From: Acidimicrobiia bacterium
GTDB lineage: Bacteria > Actinomycetota > Acidimicrobiia > Spongiisociales > Spongiisociaceae
Assembly: GCA_041576165.1 (NCBI GenBank)
Contig: JBFGLM010000003.1
Coordinates: forward strand, 84,839-148,838
Reading direction: 5' to 3'
Length of the DNA: 64,000 bases
Part shown: positions 47,301 through 56,809 of the stretch, piece by piece
How the letters are laid out: each line of letters starts with the position of its first letter
Numbering within the stretch: position 1 is the stretch's first letter
Position numbers and translations under genes: made by a program
Notes under the pieces: model-generated
The model's input: only the letters and a program-made list of their open reading frames with translations
Databases searched by the model: none
Told to the model about the DNA's origin: nothing

Positions 47301-48788
47301 ACCCGCCTCGACCAGTTCTCCCCTGATCCGCAGCGCCCGCGAGCTGATGCGCTGGTGGTGGCTTTTGCGCCGCTGGCGATCATCTATATGTCGGACGCCA
47401 GCCTGGACTGGGATTTCCAATCGATCGCGGGGCGGGCCGGCACTGCCTGCTCGTATTACACGGGCGTGATGAACGCCAAGCAGTTCGGATCGCGCGTCGA
47501 CCGGGCGTGTCCGCTGCCGCAGCTCGCCGACGAGTTGGTCGACGCGACCCAACGGATGGCCGATGGGCGATCGCCCGTCATCCCCAGCTTTGCAGCGGTG
47601 GACCACGTCGCGGGATTGGTGTCGATCGTCATTCCCGTCTTCAACCGATGGGATCTGACGGCTGCGTGCCTCGATTCGATCAAGCGCCACACATCCGGCC
47701 CGTACGAGGTGATTGTGATCGACAACGGGTCGACGGATGAAACCGCGGCCGGTCTGCAGGGCGCGGCCGTTACGGTCGTGACCAATGATGAGAACCGCGG
47801 GTTCCCGGCCGCGGTCAACCAGGGAATCGCACAGGCCCGGGGCGAATACGTCTGCCTGCTCAACAACGACACGGAGGTGACCGAAGGCTGGCTCGAGGCG
47901 CTGCTGAGCGCCGTGGCGATCCCCGGCACCGGGGTCGTGGGACCCCGATCGAACCAGATTGCCGGCCTCCAGCGGGTAGCCGACGCTCCCCGCCTGGCGG
48001 ACCGCACCGACGCACTCCAGTGGGCGTCTGACTGGAAAGCCACTGCAGGATCGCGGACGTGGCGCACAACGCGTTTGATCGGTTTTTGCATGCTGGCCCG
48101 CCGGGCGACCTTTGAGGAGGTCGGGGGATTCGACGAAGGGTTCGGCATCGGCAACTTCGAGGATGATGACTTCGGCCGTCGGGTGATGGAGACCGGTCGG
48201 ACGTTGCGGGTGGCCGACGGCTCGGTTGTGCTCCACCACGGAAGTGCCACGTTCCAAGCGCTCGATCTGGACTACGCAGCGATCATGCATCAAGCCGCCC
48301 GGCATCGAGCCGTCGGCCCGAGCGAGGCCGGCGCTGCCGCCGCCACGGTCGTCTTGAGCGACTCCAACCCGGCGGGAGCGGCCTCCTGCGCAGCCACCGC
48401 CCTGCGGATAACCGACCGGGTTCGGATCGTGGAGCGCGGTGCGGTGGCAGCTACTGAGCTGGCGGCCGCTGCAGTGCGGGGCGGCACTGTGGAAGTGGTT
48501 GGTGCCGATTGGGCAGACGATGCCGGAGCGCAAGGTGCGGTGGCCGATATCACAGAACCGTTTGTCTTGGTGGTCGGCTCGAATGAGCGGATCGAGGGTG
48601 AGGATTGGGGTCAGGCCCGGGCGGAGATCGAGTCGTTCTCCGAACGCCCGGTCGAGATCCGGGCCCCGGGCGGGTCCGAAGTGCGGCTCGTTCCCTCGGG
48701 CGACGGCCTCGTGGGCGCCATTGGTACGCAGAGCAGCGTCCGGGCGCGGACGTTCTGGCTGGTCCCGGGCGACGGGGGCGCGGCTTAA
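44382..48788 (+). CDS. Large multidomain glycosyltransferase (two GT2 domains, TPR-like helical region, degenerate extra domains)
   Basis: IVRDEE..DTGSVD..DDFAAARN..IDADE and SIVIPVFN..DNGSTD..LLNND..GGFDE..EDDD. Confidence 0.85.
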   Translation: MTATEPPEPRHTVVLVHGPSSVTKSAVKRLKRVLGGAATISLVAAAPDAEPVVRRLAGPDVGAAPGSGRTALDRRLESYGDGQVLLVHDDVSVDEGALTELSRVARRTGVPAGPLVPKTDRAAGYCLVGRPLDLVALPLILGDSAPTLSPALAVGVASQVRHDERCAPAKLSARPLVTASLIVRDEEHMLGECLASLDGFADRVVVCDTGSVDRTMEIARTSGAEVVSWRWEDDFAAARNVALDHARDSTWVLWIDADERLVCVDPVAARHALAAAEGAPESWLLEVESTRSNGPTSIGTAQRLFRPAGLGFVGAIHEELRRFDGGVPLHRRLPHVRIAHLGYDHTLCDLAAKASRNVAIAHRAHAMAPTTKTALDLARSLAFDGRSLEELQSVLETGLGLADASDPIRAELLALKARQELQLDQTEKAFASARGALDQAPGNDVAAAVFAKSAVALGRDADLVEVMARPRGGDGIRVPQNRAVALAHAAGAAARLADDDRAAAWLGSAHDLLGGAEDRWMTLLDALGDVAPEAARRAVDRLEYVDEQAVHSAALRLWGADRARALRPRSAEEHPLATGGITFSFGALRLPVPDEILAAWIPPGRRILDWTGNPQLTERLRKRAAELDTVGADDLPDTLHAMAAAGGRVDVAVGGVAPRDVPSLLPLLRAVLDPAGMLAIWEVDEAGNIPAATGAADRGRIDPALLTGHGFMPEAPAPGDVIAARPTWDAGTFTAPRVAATSTVWVASPEPLPDQMRLAYRASIPGNQEVEFVPERRLTELPAADPVLVTDAHVMPDPRWIQAALDAFAAERGPVGIRLIDRAGTVVQAGATPDGRMIGAGEDAAAPIVQSDLRDVRLRTPFVAAAGTLTRDSDVGGRLLAAPVAVALSPHQPVGRGVAITEMYGDTALFLGGPAPGREHPEESAALDKIFDRLLEAGITPVYQWEPGQSPDPYVLHRWRRRGVVVFDPSPMRTRLDQFSPDPQRPRADALVVAFAPLAIIYMSDASLDWDFQSIAGRAGTACSYYTGVMNAKQFGSRVDRACPLPQLADELVDATQRMADGRSPVIPSFAAVDHVAGLVSIVIPVFNRWDLTAACLDSIKRHTSGPYEVIVIDNGSTDETAAGLQGAAVTVVTNDENRGFPAAVNQGIAQARGEYVCLLNNDTEVTEGWLEALLSAVAIPGTGVVGPRSNQIAGLQRVADAPRLADRTDALQWASDWKATAGSRTWRTTRLIGFCMLARRATFEEVGGFDEGFGIGNFEDDDFGRRVMETGRTLRVADGSVVLHHGSATFQALDLDYAAIMHQAARHRAVGPSEAGAAAATVVLSDSNPAGAASCAATALRITDRVRIVERGAVAATELAAAAVRGGTVEVVGADWADDAGAQGAVADITEPFVLVVGSNERIEGEDWGQARAEIESFSERPVEIRAPGGSEVRLVPSGDGLVGAIGTQSSVRARTFWLVPGDGGAA

Positions 48789-48818
48789 TCGGCGGGTCAC
48801 TGGGCCGACTGGTCCACC

Positions 48819-49652
48819 ATGTCCCTTTCCTGCAGCATCATCATCCCCGCCTACAACCGGGTAGACCTGACCGCCCAGTGTCTTCAAGCCCTCGTGCAGA
48901 ACACGACCGGCGTGTCGTACGAAGTGATCATCGTCGACAACGCGTCGACCGATGCGACTCCCGAGTTGTGTGCCTCTCTCGGCGGAAACGCCACGGTCAT
49001 CCGCAACGATGAGAACCTCGGTTTCGCCCGGGCGTGCAACCAGGGGGCCCGGGCGGCAGCCACCGATCGCCTGCTGTTCCTCAACACCGACACCCAGCCC
49101 TTCCCCGACTGGCTACTGCCGCTGCTTGCCGTCCTCGAGCAGGAGCCCGATGTCGGCGCCGTTGGCTGCAAGCTGTTGTTCCCGGATGGCACAGTCCAGC
49201 ACGGTGGGGTGGTGCTGGTGCAGCAACCCTCCTACCCCACGCTGGGAGCACAGCACATGCCGTATCGGGTGCCGGCGGATGACGCTCTGGCGAACCTGCG
49301 CCGGGATGTCTCGGTGGCAACAGCCGCCAGCATCCTCATCCGCCGCCAGGCCTTCGATCAGGTTGGGGGATTCGACGAGGAGTACTGGAACGGCTACGAG
49401 GACGTTGACTTGTGCCTGGCGCTGGGCGCAGCCGGCTGGCGCATCGTCTATGAGCCGGCCAGCGTGTTGATACATCACGAGTCGGCGTCGGGCGCAGAGC
49501 GGTTCTCGAAGTGGGAAGCCAATGTCGACCGGCTGCAGGCCAAGTGGGCAGCCAAGGTGACACCCGACTACGTCGTGGATGACGGTGGCGAAGCCCGGCC
49601 TCATCCCGCCGGCATTCACTCGCAGGCGATCGCCGCAGCTGGCCCTCGATGA
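48819..49652 (+). CDS. GT2 family glycosyltransferase
   Basis: SIIIPAYN, DNASTD, GFARACN, EDVDLC and HHES motifs. Confidence 0.93.
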   Translation: MSLSCSIIIPAYNRVDLTAQCLQALVQNTTGVSYEVIIVDNASTDATPELCASLGGNATVIRNDENLGFARACNQGARAAATDRLLFLNTDTQPFPDWLLPLLAVLEQEPDVGAVGCKLLFPDGTVQHGGVVLVQQPSYPTLGAQHMPYRVPADDALANLRRDVSVATAASILIRRQAFDQVGGFDEEYWNGYEDVDLCLALGAAGWRIVYEPASVLIHHESASGAERFSKWEANVDRLQAKWAAKVTPDYVVDDGGEARPHPAGIHSQAIAAAGPR

Positions 49653-50503
49653 CCGAATTGCTCGCTGCCGCACGCCCGGCCAGCGGCCAAGGCATAGCCG
49701 CGCCCTATCGCCGCGACCTTCCGGACACGATCGTGAGTGTTGTTGGCATGCACCGCAGCGGGACCTCACTGGTCACCCGAATCCTGAATCTGCTCGGCGT
49801 CGGCCTCGGCCCCGACGACCAGCTGATGAGTCCCCATGCCGAGGACAATCCGACCGGCTACTGGGAGAACCAGGCGATCGTCGACTTGAACGACGAGCTA
49901 CTCGCCGCGCTGGGCGGATCCTGGGACAACCCGCCCCGGCTCGGGGCCGGCTGGGAGTTCGGCGACATCCCGATGTCGTATCGGTCCCCGGCCCGCGCGC
50001 TGGTTGGGCCCGTAGTAGACGGTTCGGCCGTCGCCGGCTGGAAGGATCCTCGCATGAGCGTCCTACTGCCGTTCTGGAAGACGGTGGTCCCGGTGACCTC
50101 CACGGTGTTGCTGGTCCGTCATCCCTTTCAGGTCGCTGCATCTCTCGCCACTCGAGATCGGATGCACAGCGAGGACGCTGCCCGGTTGTGGACTCGCCAC
50201 ACGGTTGACGGGTGGCGCAACCACAGCAACCGGATCGTCGTGAACTTCGACGCCGTGGTCGAGGACCCGGCGTACTGTGCCGCCCACCTCGCAGCTTTTC
50301 TCGGACTCGAGGAGCCGAGTGCAGCCGTCATGCACGAAGTGCGCAGCTTCGCCGACCCGACAATGCGGCATCACCAGGACTTCGTGCCGGAAGTTGGTCA
50401 GAACATGGCCCTGGCGTTGTCGCTGTTCACAGTGGTGGAGAGCCAGTCCTTCAGTTTGGTGGATCGCCTGTTTTCCGCCGTAGCCGAGGAGTGGGGCAGT
50501 TAG
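49649..50503 (+). CDS. Sulfotransferase family protein
   Basis: PAPS-binding loop GMHRSGTS; WKDPR and VRHP..VAASL motifs. Confidence 0.85.
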   Translation: MTELLAAARPASGQGIAAPYRRDLPDTIVSVVGMHRSGTSLVTRILNLLGVGLGPDDQLMSPHAEDNPTGYWENQAIVDLNDELLAALGGSWDNPPRLGAGWEFGDIPMSYRSPARALVGPVVDGSAVAGWKDPRMSVLLPFWKTVVPVTSTVLLVRHPFQVAASLATRDRMHSEDAARLWTRHTVDGWRNHSNRIVVNFDAVVEDPAYCAAHLAAFLGLEEPSAAVMHEVRSFADPTMRHHQDFVPEVGQNMALALSLFTVVESQSFSLVDRLFSAVAEEWGS

Positions 50504-52617
50504 GCCGCCGGCGGCGGACTCAATCTTCGAGCCCAGGCCTGGAACAACCGGTCGAGCAACATCGCCAGCAGCACAATTGCCAATCCCGCCGCGAAGCCGG
50601 TGCCGACCGAGTCGCTGCGCCGCAGCCCCCGCACTGTCTCTAGCCCGAGGCCGCCGCCGCCGACCAGCCCGGCGATCACAACCATCGCCAGGACCAGCAT
50701 CACCGTCTGGTTGATCCCGGCGATGATCGTGGGCATCGCCAGCGGCACCTGGATCTTGCGCAGCGTCTGGCCGCGGGTGGCGCCAAAAGCCGTCGCCGCT
50801 TCGGTTGCCTGCACCGACACTTGGCGAATACCCAGGTTCGTCAGCCGGGTGGCGGCGGGCAGGGCATACAACACCGAAGCGATAATTCCCGGAATCCGGC
50901 CCACGTTGAAAAGGATGATCACCGGCACGAGCAGAACGAAACTAGGGATCGTCTGCAGGAAATCCAGCGCCGGTTTGAGAAGCCGTTCGAAGAGGTCGCT
51001 GCGGGAAGCCAGCACCCCGAGCGGTATCCCCACCAAAATCGACAGGATCACCGCCACGATGGTTTGGGCCAGTGTGTCCATTGACAGTTCCCACATGCCG
51101 AGCAGGCCCAACCCGGCCAGCGCAGCCGCCGCAAACACGGCCAGACCGGGACCCCCGAGTCGCCACCCGGCCACCACCGTGGCCGCCACGACCACCGGCC
51201 ACGCCAGACCTGAACTGAACAGCTCGCGAAGCGGGGTTACGGCATAGATGGTGATGAAGTCGCTGAGCGGTCCGGTCCCGATCGGCAGGTCGCCGATCTG
51301 ATACAGGTTGACGCCAACCCAATCGACCACGCTGTCGACCGGTCCCGCGAAAGAGATAGAGAAGCCCGACGGAAAGTCATGGATGCCGGTCCCAGCTCCA
51401 GCGATCAGACCGGTGGCGAGCAGCATCCCCGCCAGCGACCGGCGGGGATGTCGTATGACCGCTGCGGCCCCCGCGTCCCAGCCGGTGCGATGGAGGCCGC
51501 CCGCCAGCGCCCGGGACAGCGGCTGTGACGTCCGGACAACCAGCCTGTCCAGCGCGCCCAGCCCATCTTCCACTGCCCGCACGATGCCCGCGCCCGACCA
51601 ACGATCAGGGAAGATCCGCAAATTGCCCCGGTCGCTCCCCAGGCCGGCCACCCCATGGGTGATCCGGTCCATGATGATGGCCAGCACGACAATGGCGAGC
51701 CCGGCTTCCAGCGCACGGCCGACGAACAAACGGCGCAGCGACTCGAGCACCACCTGTCCGAGACCGCCGGCACCGATCAAGGCGGCAATGACGACGATGC
51801 CGAGGGCCATCATGATGGTCTGGTTGATCCCCGTCAGGATGGTGGGCATGGCCAGCGGCAGCTGGACCTTGCGCAGGGTCTGCCCTGGGGTCGCTCCGAA
51901 CATCAACGATGCCTCGACTGCAGACTCCGGCACAGAGCGGATGCCAAGAGTCGTCAGCCGCACTACGGGCGGGAGCGCATAGACGACGGTGGCGATGATG
52001 GCCGGCACGCGAGCGATGCCGAACAGCAGCACGACCGGGATCAGGTAGACGAAAGCCGGGAGCGTCTGCATGGCATCGAGTACCGGTCGCAGCGCCCGCT
52101 CCACCCCTTCGCGCTGCGCCGCCCAGATCCCGAGCGGCACCCCGATCATTACTGCGATGACCACGGCGACGCCCATCAGCGCAAACGTCTGGAGGCTCTC
52201 CTCCCACAAGCCGACGGCGCCGAAATAGACAACCCCGGCGGCCGCCAGCAACCCGGCCCGGAGCCCGAGAATCGCCGTCGCCAGCATCCCGATGCCGGTG
52301 ACCGTCACGAACCACGGCAACCACAGCAATGCCCGCTCGACCAGCCGCAGGCCCGTGTCGATGACGTTGCTGATCGGGTTGAACACTGCAGTGAAGGACC
52401 AATGACGGGTCTGGTTGTTGATCACCCAGCGCCGCGCGTCGTTGATCCACTCTGCGAAGGGGATCCTCCACGAATCAGGGAATGCGCCAACCGTGTCCAT
52501 GGACAGTTCCAAGGCGAGCAAACTGACGATCACCAACCCGACGCCGACAACCCGCCGGACGCGCTGGCGCCGATCGGCGGCCAGGCGCAAGTTCACGGCC
52601 GTCACGGCAGTGGTCAT
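50500..52617 (-). CDS. Glycine betaine/proline-type ABC permease with two fused ProW-like domains
   Basis: Duplicated LD.(M/L)QT.P.FV...RLT.LGIR...KVQLPLA...GINQT. Confidence 0.92.
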   Translation of the reverse strand: MTTAVTAVNLRLAADRRQRVRRVVGVGLVIVSLLALELSMDTVGAFPDSWRIPFAEWINDARRWVINNQTRHWSFTAVFNPISNVIDTGLRLVERALLWLPWFVTVTGIGMLATAILGLRAGLLAAAGVVYFGAVGLWEESLQTFALMGVAVVIAVMIGVPLGIWAAQREGVERALRPVLDAMQTLPAFVYLIPVVLLFGIARVPAIIATVVYALPPVVRLTTLGIRSVPESAVEASLMFGATPGQTLRKVQLPLAMPTILTGINQTIMMALGIVVIAALIGAGGLGQVVLESLRRLFVGRALEAGLAIVVLAIIMDRITHGVAGLGSDRGNLRIFPDRWSGAGIVRAVEDGLGALDRLVVRTSQPLSRALAGGLHRTGWDAGAAAVIRHPRRSLAGMLLATGLIAGAGTGIHDFPSGFSISFAGPVDSVVDWVGVNLYQIGDLPIGTGPLSDFITIYAVTPLRELFSSGLAWPVVVAATVVAGWRLGGPGLAVFAAAALAGLGLLGMWELSMDTLAQTIVAVILSILVGIPLGVLASRSDLFERLLKPALDFLQTIPSFVLLVPVIILFNVGRIPGIIASVLYALPAATRLTNLGIRQVSVQATEAATAFGATRGQTLRKIQVPLAMPTIIAGINQTVMLVLAMVVIAGLVGGGGLGLETVRGLRRSDSVGTGFAAGLAIVLLAMLLDRLFQAWARRLSPPPAA

Positions 52618-53651
52618 CGGGCTTCCTCGCTGTGGAGCAGCGCCGCCACCGAGTCCCGGTCGACCACGCCGACGACAGCGCCCGTCTCATCGATCACGCT
52701 GATCGCGCTCGGGTCCCCGAGCAAACGGGGCAGGACCGCCTCCAGCACGGTCGTGACCGGAACCGGCGCCCCGGTCGCAACGACCCCGTCCGCAGGTGTC
52801 ATGACCGATCGCACCGTGACCACCTTGGTCTTGGGCGCATCCTTCGTGAACTCGCGGACGTAGTCGTCGGCCGGCCGGGACACAACCTCCTCTGGAGTCC
52901 CGACCTGGACGAACACCCCGTCCTTCATGATGGCGATCCGGTCGCCGAGCTTGAGCGCCTCCTGGAAGTCATGTGTGATGAACACGAGTGTCCGGTGCAT
53001 ACCCGCCTGGAGCGACAGCAGCTCGTCTTGCATGTCGCGCCGTATGAGAGGGTCTAGCGCCGAGAAAGGCTCATCGAAGAAGAGGATTTCGGGCTCGACG
53101 CACAACGCCCGCGCCAGCCCCACCCGCTGCTGCATTCCGCCGGAGAGTTGCTGCGGGTAATGATCGCCCCACGTTTCCAGCCCCACCACTTCGAGCACCT
53201 GCATCGCCCGCTCGTAGCGCTGCGCCTTGGGAACGCCTTGCACCTCGAGCCCGAATGCCACGTTGTCCAGCACCCGCCGATGGGGAAACAGCCCAAAATG
53301 CTGGAACACCATTGAGACCCGACGCCGGCGCAGGTCTCGCAATGCTTCGTCGTCGAGCGTCCCGATCGGGACGCCGTCGATCCTGATTTCTCCCGCTGTG
53401 GGCTCGATCAGTCTGGAGAGACACCGAATGAGTGTCGACTTGCCGCTGCCGGAGAGGCCCATGACGACGAACGTCTCACCTCGACGCACGGAGAACGTCA
53501 CGTCGTGTACGGCGACGAGACACCCGGTCTCGTCCACCACCTCCTGCCGGCTGCGTCCCTGCACGCTCAGCTGCTGCGCGAGCTGCGGATTGTCACCGAA
53601 GATCTTCCACACGCTGTGGCAGGCGAGGGGTTCGTGATCGCTTGTCGCCAT
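52614..53651 (-). CDS. Glycine betaine/proline-type ABC ATP-binding protein (ProV-like)
   Basis: [16 protein letters not shown] and [12 protein letters not shown] motifs; start could extend to 53675. Confidence 0.93.
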   Translation of the reverse strand: MATSDHEPLACHSVWKIFGDNPQLAQQLSVQGRSRQEVVDETGCLVAVHDVTFSVRRGETFVVMGLSGSGKSTLIRCLSRLIEPTAGEIRIDGVPIGTLDDEALRDLRRRRVSMVFQHFGLFPHRRVLDNVAFGLEVQGVPKAQRYERAMQVLEVVGLETWGDHYPQQLSGGMQQRVGLARALCVEPEILFFDEPFSALDPLIRRDMQDELLSLQAGMHRTLVFITHDFQEALKLGDRIAIMKDGVFVQVGTPEEVVSRPADDYVREFTKDAPKTKVVTVRSVMTPADGVVATGAPVPVTTVLEAVLPRLLGDPSAISVIDETGAVVGVVDRDSVAALLHSEEAR

Positions 53652-53748
53652 CTGGGCTGTTCCCGACACCTTCACGTGGCGAACCGGTCTCGATCAGTAC
53701 CATAGCCAGCTGTGGCTGGGAGAAGCCCCGGCCCCGAAAGGGGACACC

Positions 53749-54759
53749 ATGACACGACGAATGACCAGACTCCTCGCGTTGCTGGCGGCGCTGGCCCTGG
53801 TCGCAGCGGCCTGCGGAAGCGACGAGGGTGAGGGTGAAGAGGGAGTCGAGACGACCGCAGCAGCAGAAGACACAGCTGCGGCGGATCTCGGTGACCTGAC
53901 GACCATCCGGCTGGCCGTCAACCCGTGGAACGGATCAGCGGTCAATGTCGAGGTGGCGAAACAACTTCTCGAGAACGAACTCGGCTACACGGTGGAGACG
54001 GTTGACATCGACGAGAATGCGCAGTGGTCGGCGATCAACACCGGCGACCTCCACGCCTCGCTCGAGGTGTGGCCCTCGGGACACGCGCAGAACGTCGCCG
54101 ACTTCATCGATAATCCCGATGGAAATGTCGTGAACGTCGGGTTGTTGGGTCCGGTCGGCAAGATCGGCTGGTACGTACCCACCTACGTCGTCGACGAGAA
54201 TCCGGAGTTGGCCACCTGGGAAGGCTTCACTAATCCAGAGCTGGCCGGACTATTCGCCACCGCGGAGACGGGCGACCTCGGCCAGTTCTTGGGGGGCGAT
54301 CCCAGTTTCGTTCAGTACGACGGCGACATCATCAGCAACCTGGGGTTACCGCTGGAAGTTGTGTTCGCCGGCTCGGAAGAGGCGATCCTGGCCGCGCTGG
54401 ACTCGGCGGTGAGCCGCGAAGAGCCGTTGCTCTTCTACTTCTGGACGCCCCACTCGGTCCACAACGCGTTCGACCTGACCGAAGTGCAACTGCCGGAGTA
54501 TTCCGACGGATGTTATGCCAACGCCGACGCAGGTGGCGTCGACTGTGACTACCCGGCCGACGATCTGTTCAAGATCGCCTGGGCGGACCTGGAGATCCAG
54601 GCGCCGGCTGCGTACACCTTGTTGCGCAATATGTCGTACAGCACCGATGACCAGATCGCGATGCTGGCGACGGTCGAGACCGACGGGAAGTCCATCGAAG
54701 AGGCTGCGGCCGAATGGATCGCCGGCAACGAGTCGGTCTGGCAGACCTGGCTGCCCTGA
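53749..54759 (+). CDS. Glycine betaine/choline-type ABC substrate-binding lipoprotein (ProX/OpuAC-like)
   Basis: Lipobox AAAC; LEVW, GWYVP and YFWTPH motifs. Confidence 0.9.
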   Translation: MTRRMTRLLALLAALALVAAACGSDEGEGEEGVETTAAAEDTAAADLGDLTTIRLAVNPWNGSAVNVEVAKQLLENELGYTVETVDIDENAQWSAINTGDLHASLEVWPSGHAQNVADFIDNPDGNVVNVGLLGPVGKIGWYVPTYVVDENPELATWEGFTNPELAGLFATAETGDLGQFLGGDPSFVQYDGDIISNLGLPLEVVFAGSEEAILAALDSAVSREEPLLFYFWTPHSVHNAFDLTEVQLPEYSDGCYANADAGGVDCDYPADDLFKIAWADLEIQAPAAYTLLRNMSYSTDDQIAMLATVETDGKSIEEAAAEWIAGNESVWQTWLP

Positions 54760-54896
54760 GCCACCGGTCGGGTTGAGATGACGGGCCGGCGCCGGTGGGC
54801 TAAGGCCTCGGTGCACCGGCCGCCGGTTCCTTCGTCTCGACCGAGCAGCCGAGCCGATCTTGCGGACCGACCGTGGAGGGGAGGCGGGACGTGACG

Positions 54897-55676
54897 ATGG
54901 AGCTGGACGGAAGGGTGGCGGTCGTGACCGGCGCCGGCCAGGGCATCGGCCGGGCGATCGCACTGCACTGCGCGGCTGCCGGAGCCGATGTTGTGCTGGC
55001 TGCTCGATCGGTCGGGAAGCTGGCGGAAGTTGCAGGGAACGTGGCGTCGCAGGGGCGACGGGCCGAAGTGGTGCCCACAGACGTCGCCGACCCGGCCGCA
55101 ATCGACGCGTTGGTTGCAGCTACCGACCGGGCATTCGGACGAGTCGACGTACTCGTCAACAACAGCGGCATCGCCGGACCGACCGCCTTGGCGTGGGATA
55201 CGTCGGTCGATGATTGGCACCGCACGCTTGATGTGAACCTCACCGGACCGTGGCTGTGCTGCCGGGCCTTCCTGCCCCGCATGATCGATGCTGGCTCGGG
55301 CAGCATCATCAACATCGGCTCTATCACCGGCAAGCGCCCGCTGCTGGGAAGAACTCCGTACGCCGCCACCAAAGCCGGCTTGATCGGAATCACGCGCACG
55401 TTGGCCGAGGAAGCCGGCCCGCACGGCATTCGCGTGAACCTGATCTCTCCAGGAGCCGTCGAGGGTCCCCGTATCGATGCGGTGTTCGAAGCACAGGCAA
55501 GGGCCCGCGGCACGAGTCCCCAGGAGATCCGAACCGATTTCGAGGCCATGTCGCCGATGCGACGCTTGGTGACCGCCGACGACGTTGCCCGGGCTGTCGT
55601 GTTTCTGGCCTCCGATGCCGCGGCGGGGATAACAGGGGTCGACCTCAACGTCACCACCGGTACTGTCATGTACTGA
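54897..55676 (+). CDS. SDR family oxidoreductase
   Basis: TGAGQGIG, NNSG and YAATK motifs. Confidence 0.93.
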   Translation: MELDGRVAVVTGAGQGIGRAIALHCAAAGADVVLAARSVGKLAEVAGNVASQGRRAEVVPTDVADPAAIDALVAATDRAFGRVDVLVNNSGIAGPTALAWDTSVDDWHRTLDVNLTGPWLCCRAFLPRMIDAGSGSIINIGSITGKRPLLGRTPYAATKAGLIGITRTLAEEAGPHGIRVNLISPGAVEGPRIDAVFEAQARARGTSPQEIRTDFEAMSPMRRLVTADDVARAVVFLASDAAAGITGVDLNVTTGTVMY

Positions 55677-56042
55677 GGCCCGATCCTCGGCGGCTGGACG
55701 TCATTTCCCAGGGTTTGGTGGCTGGGAGCCCCCTGGAGCTTCAGGATCGGCGCGGCGGCGGTGACGTTGAGCGTCGACTAGGTACCGGGTGCGGTAGTGG
55801 GCATTCCGACCCGGTCATGGCTGGGCGGCCGCCGCGGCGAAGAGGCAGGTGCCAGGTCGAAACCTCTGCCTCCAGCCGCGCCACGGCCGCGACGGCGACG
55901 GCATCGAGGGTCCGATCCCCAAGCCCGGCATTGGAACTCCGGCGCGGAGTCGGCCGGAGTCGGGAATGAGCCATCGGGCCTCGGGACCGGGTGAGCACAA
56001 TCGATGACGCCGCCATCCCGGGATGATGCCTCACGCCCGAGA

Positions 56043-56693
56043 TCACAAACCTGCCCGATCGGGCGGGTTGCTGCCACGTTCCGTCTCGTCCAACAACCCC
56101 CACCGGGCTACGGTGGCGATGGCCTGCGAGCGGTTGGCGACGCCCATCCGGGTATAGAGGTCGGTCAGCATCCGAAAGATCTCGCGCTCGCTATAGCCGC
56201 ATTCGTCGGCGATCTGGTTGGTCTTGGCTCCTCCCGCCAGCAGCCTGAGCGCCGTCGTTTCCACCTCGGACAGCCACACGGTATCCGGTGGTGACTGGGC
56301 GCCGGCGACTGCCATCTGGCGGGCTATCTCGGATGGAATTAGGGCAATCCCGCGAGCCGCGGCTTCGATCGCCTCGATGATGGTCTCCATGGGCGCGTCC
56401 CACCGAACGGCGCCTGCGCAACCCGCCCGGAATGCCTGTTGGTACAGATGCTTGGTTGCGTGCTCGATCAGGGCCACGACCACGAGTCCCCGCTTGCTCC
56501 GAATCAAACGCTGGATATCGCCGATGTCGTCGGCTGTCCGGCGGTCGTGCACCAGCAGCCGTTCACCGCCGCGTAGTACCCACTCGCCGGCCCGGATCGG
56601 GTAGTCGACCTGATATCCGCGCTTCTGCAAACCGGCGGCAAGTCCGGTAGCGACGACTTCTGCGGGATGGACGATGCCTACGGTTGGTGCCAC
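56043..56693 (-). CDS. NarL/LuxR-type regulator with atypical receiver domain
   Basis: C-terminal LS..E...L.LLA.G....IA...YSER HTH; TACGAT-N7-GTG. Confidence 0.8.
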   Translation of the reverse strand: MAPTVGIVHPAEVVATGLAAGLQKRGYQVDYPIRAGEWVLRGGERLLVHDRRTADDIGDIQRLIRSKRGLVVVALIEHATKHLYQQAFRAGCAGAVRWDAPMETIIEAIEAAARGIALIPSEIARQMAVAGAQSPPDTVWLSEVETTALRLLAGGAKTNQIADECGYSEREIFRMLTDLYTRMGVANRSQAIATVARWGLLDETERGSNPPDRAGL

Positions 56694-56809
56694 ACCCGCG
56701 ATCGTATCCGGATCTCCGGTCGGTGCTGGTCGGCCGGGCGGTTCCGCGGGTCTGGGGGGCAAGTTGCCAGCGTCCGGGCGCGACGAGCCCGGACGCTGCA
56801 AGCCGCGGT

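Noticed and set aside
55825-55890. c-di-GMP riboswitch or SRP RNA
   Set aside because: The conserved cores are not recognisable, and the element lies between convergent 3' ends.
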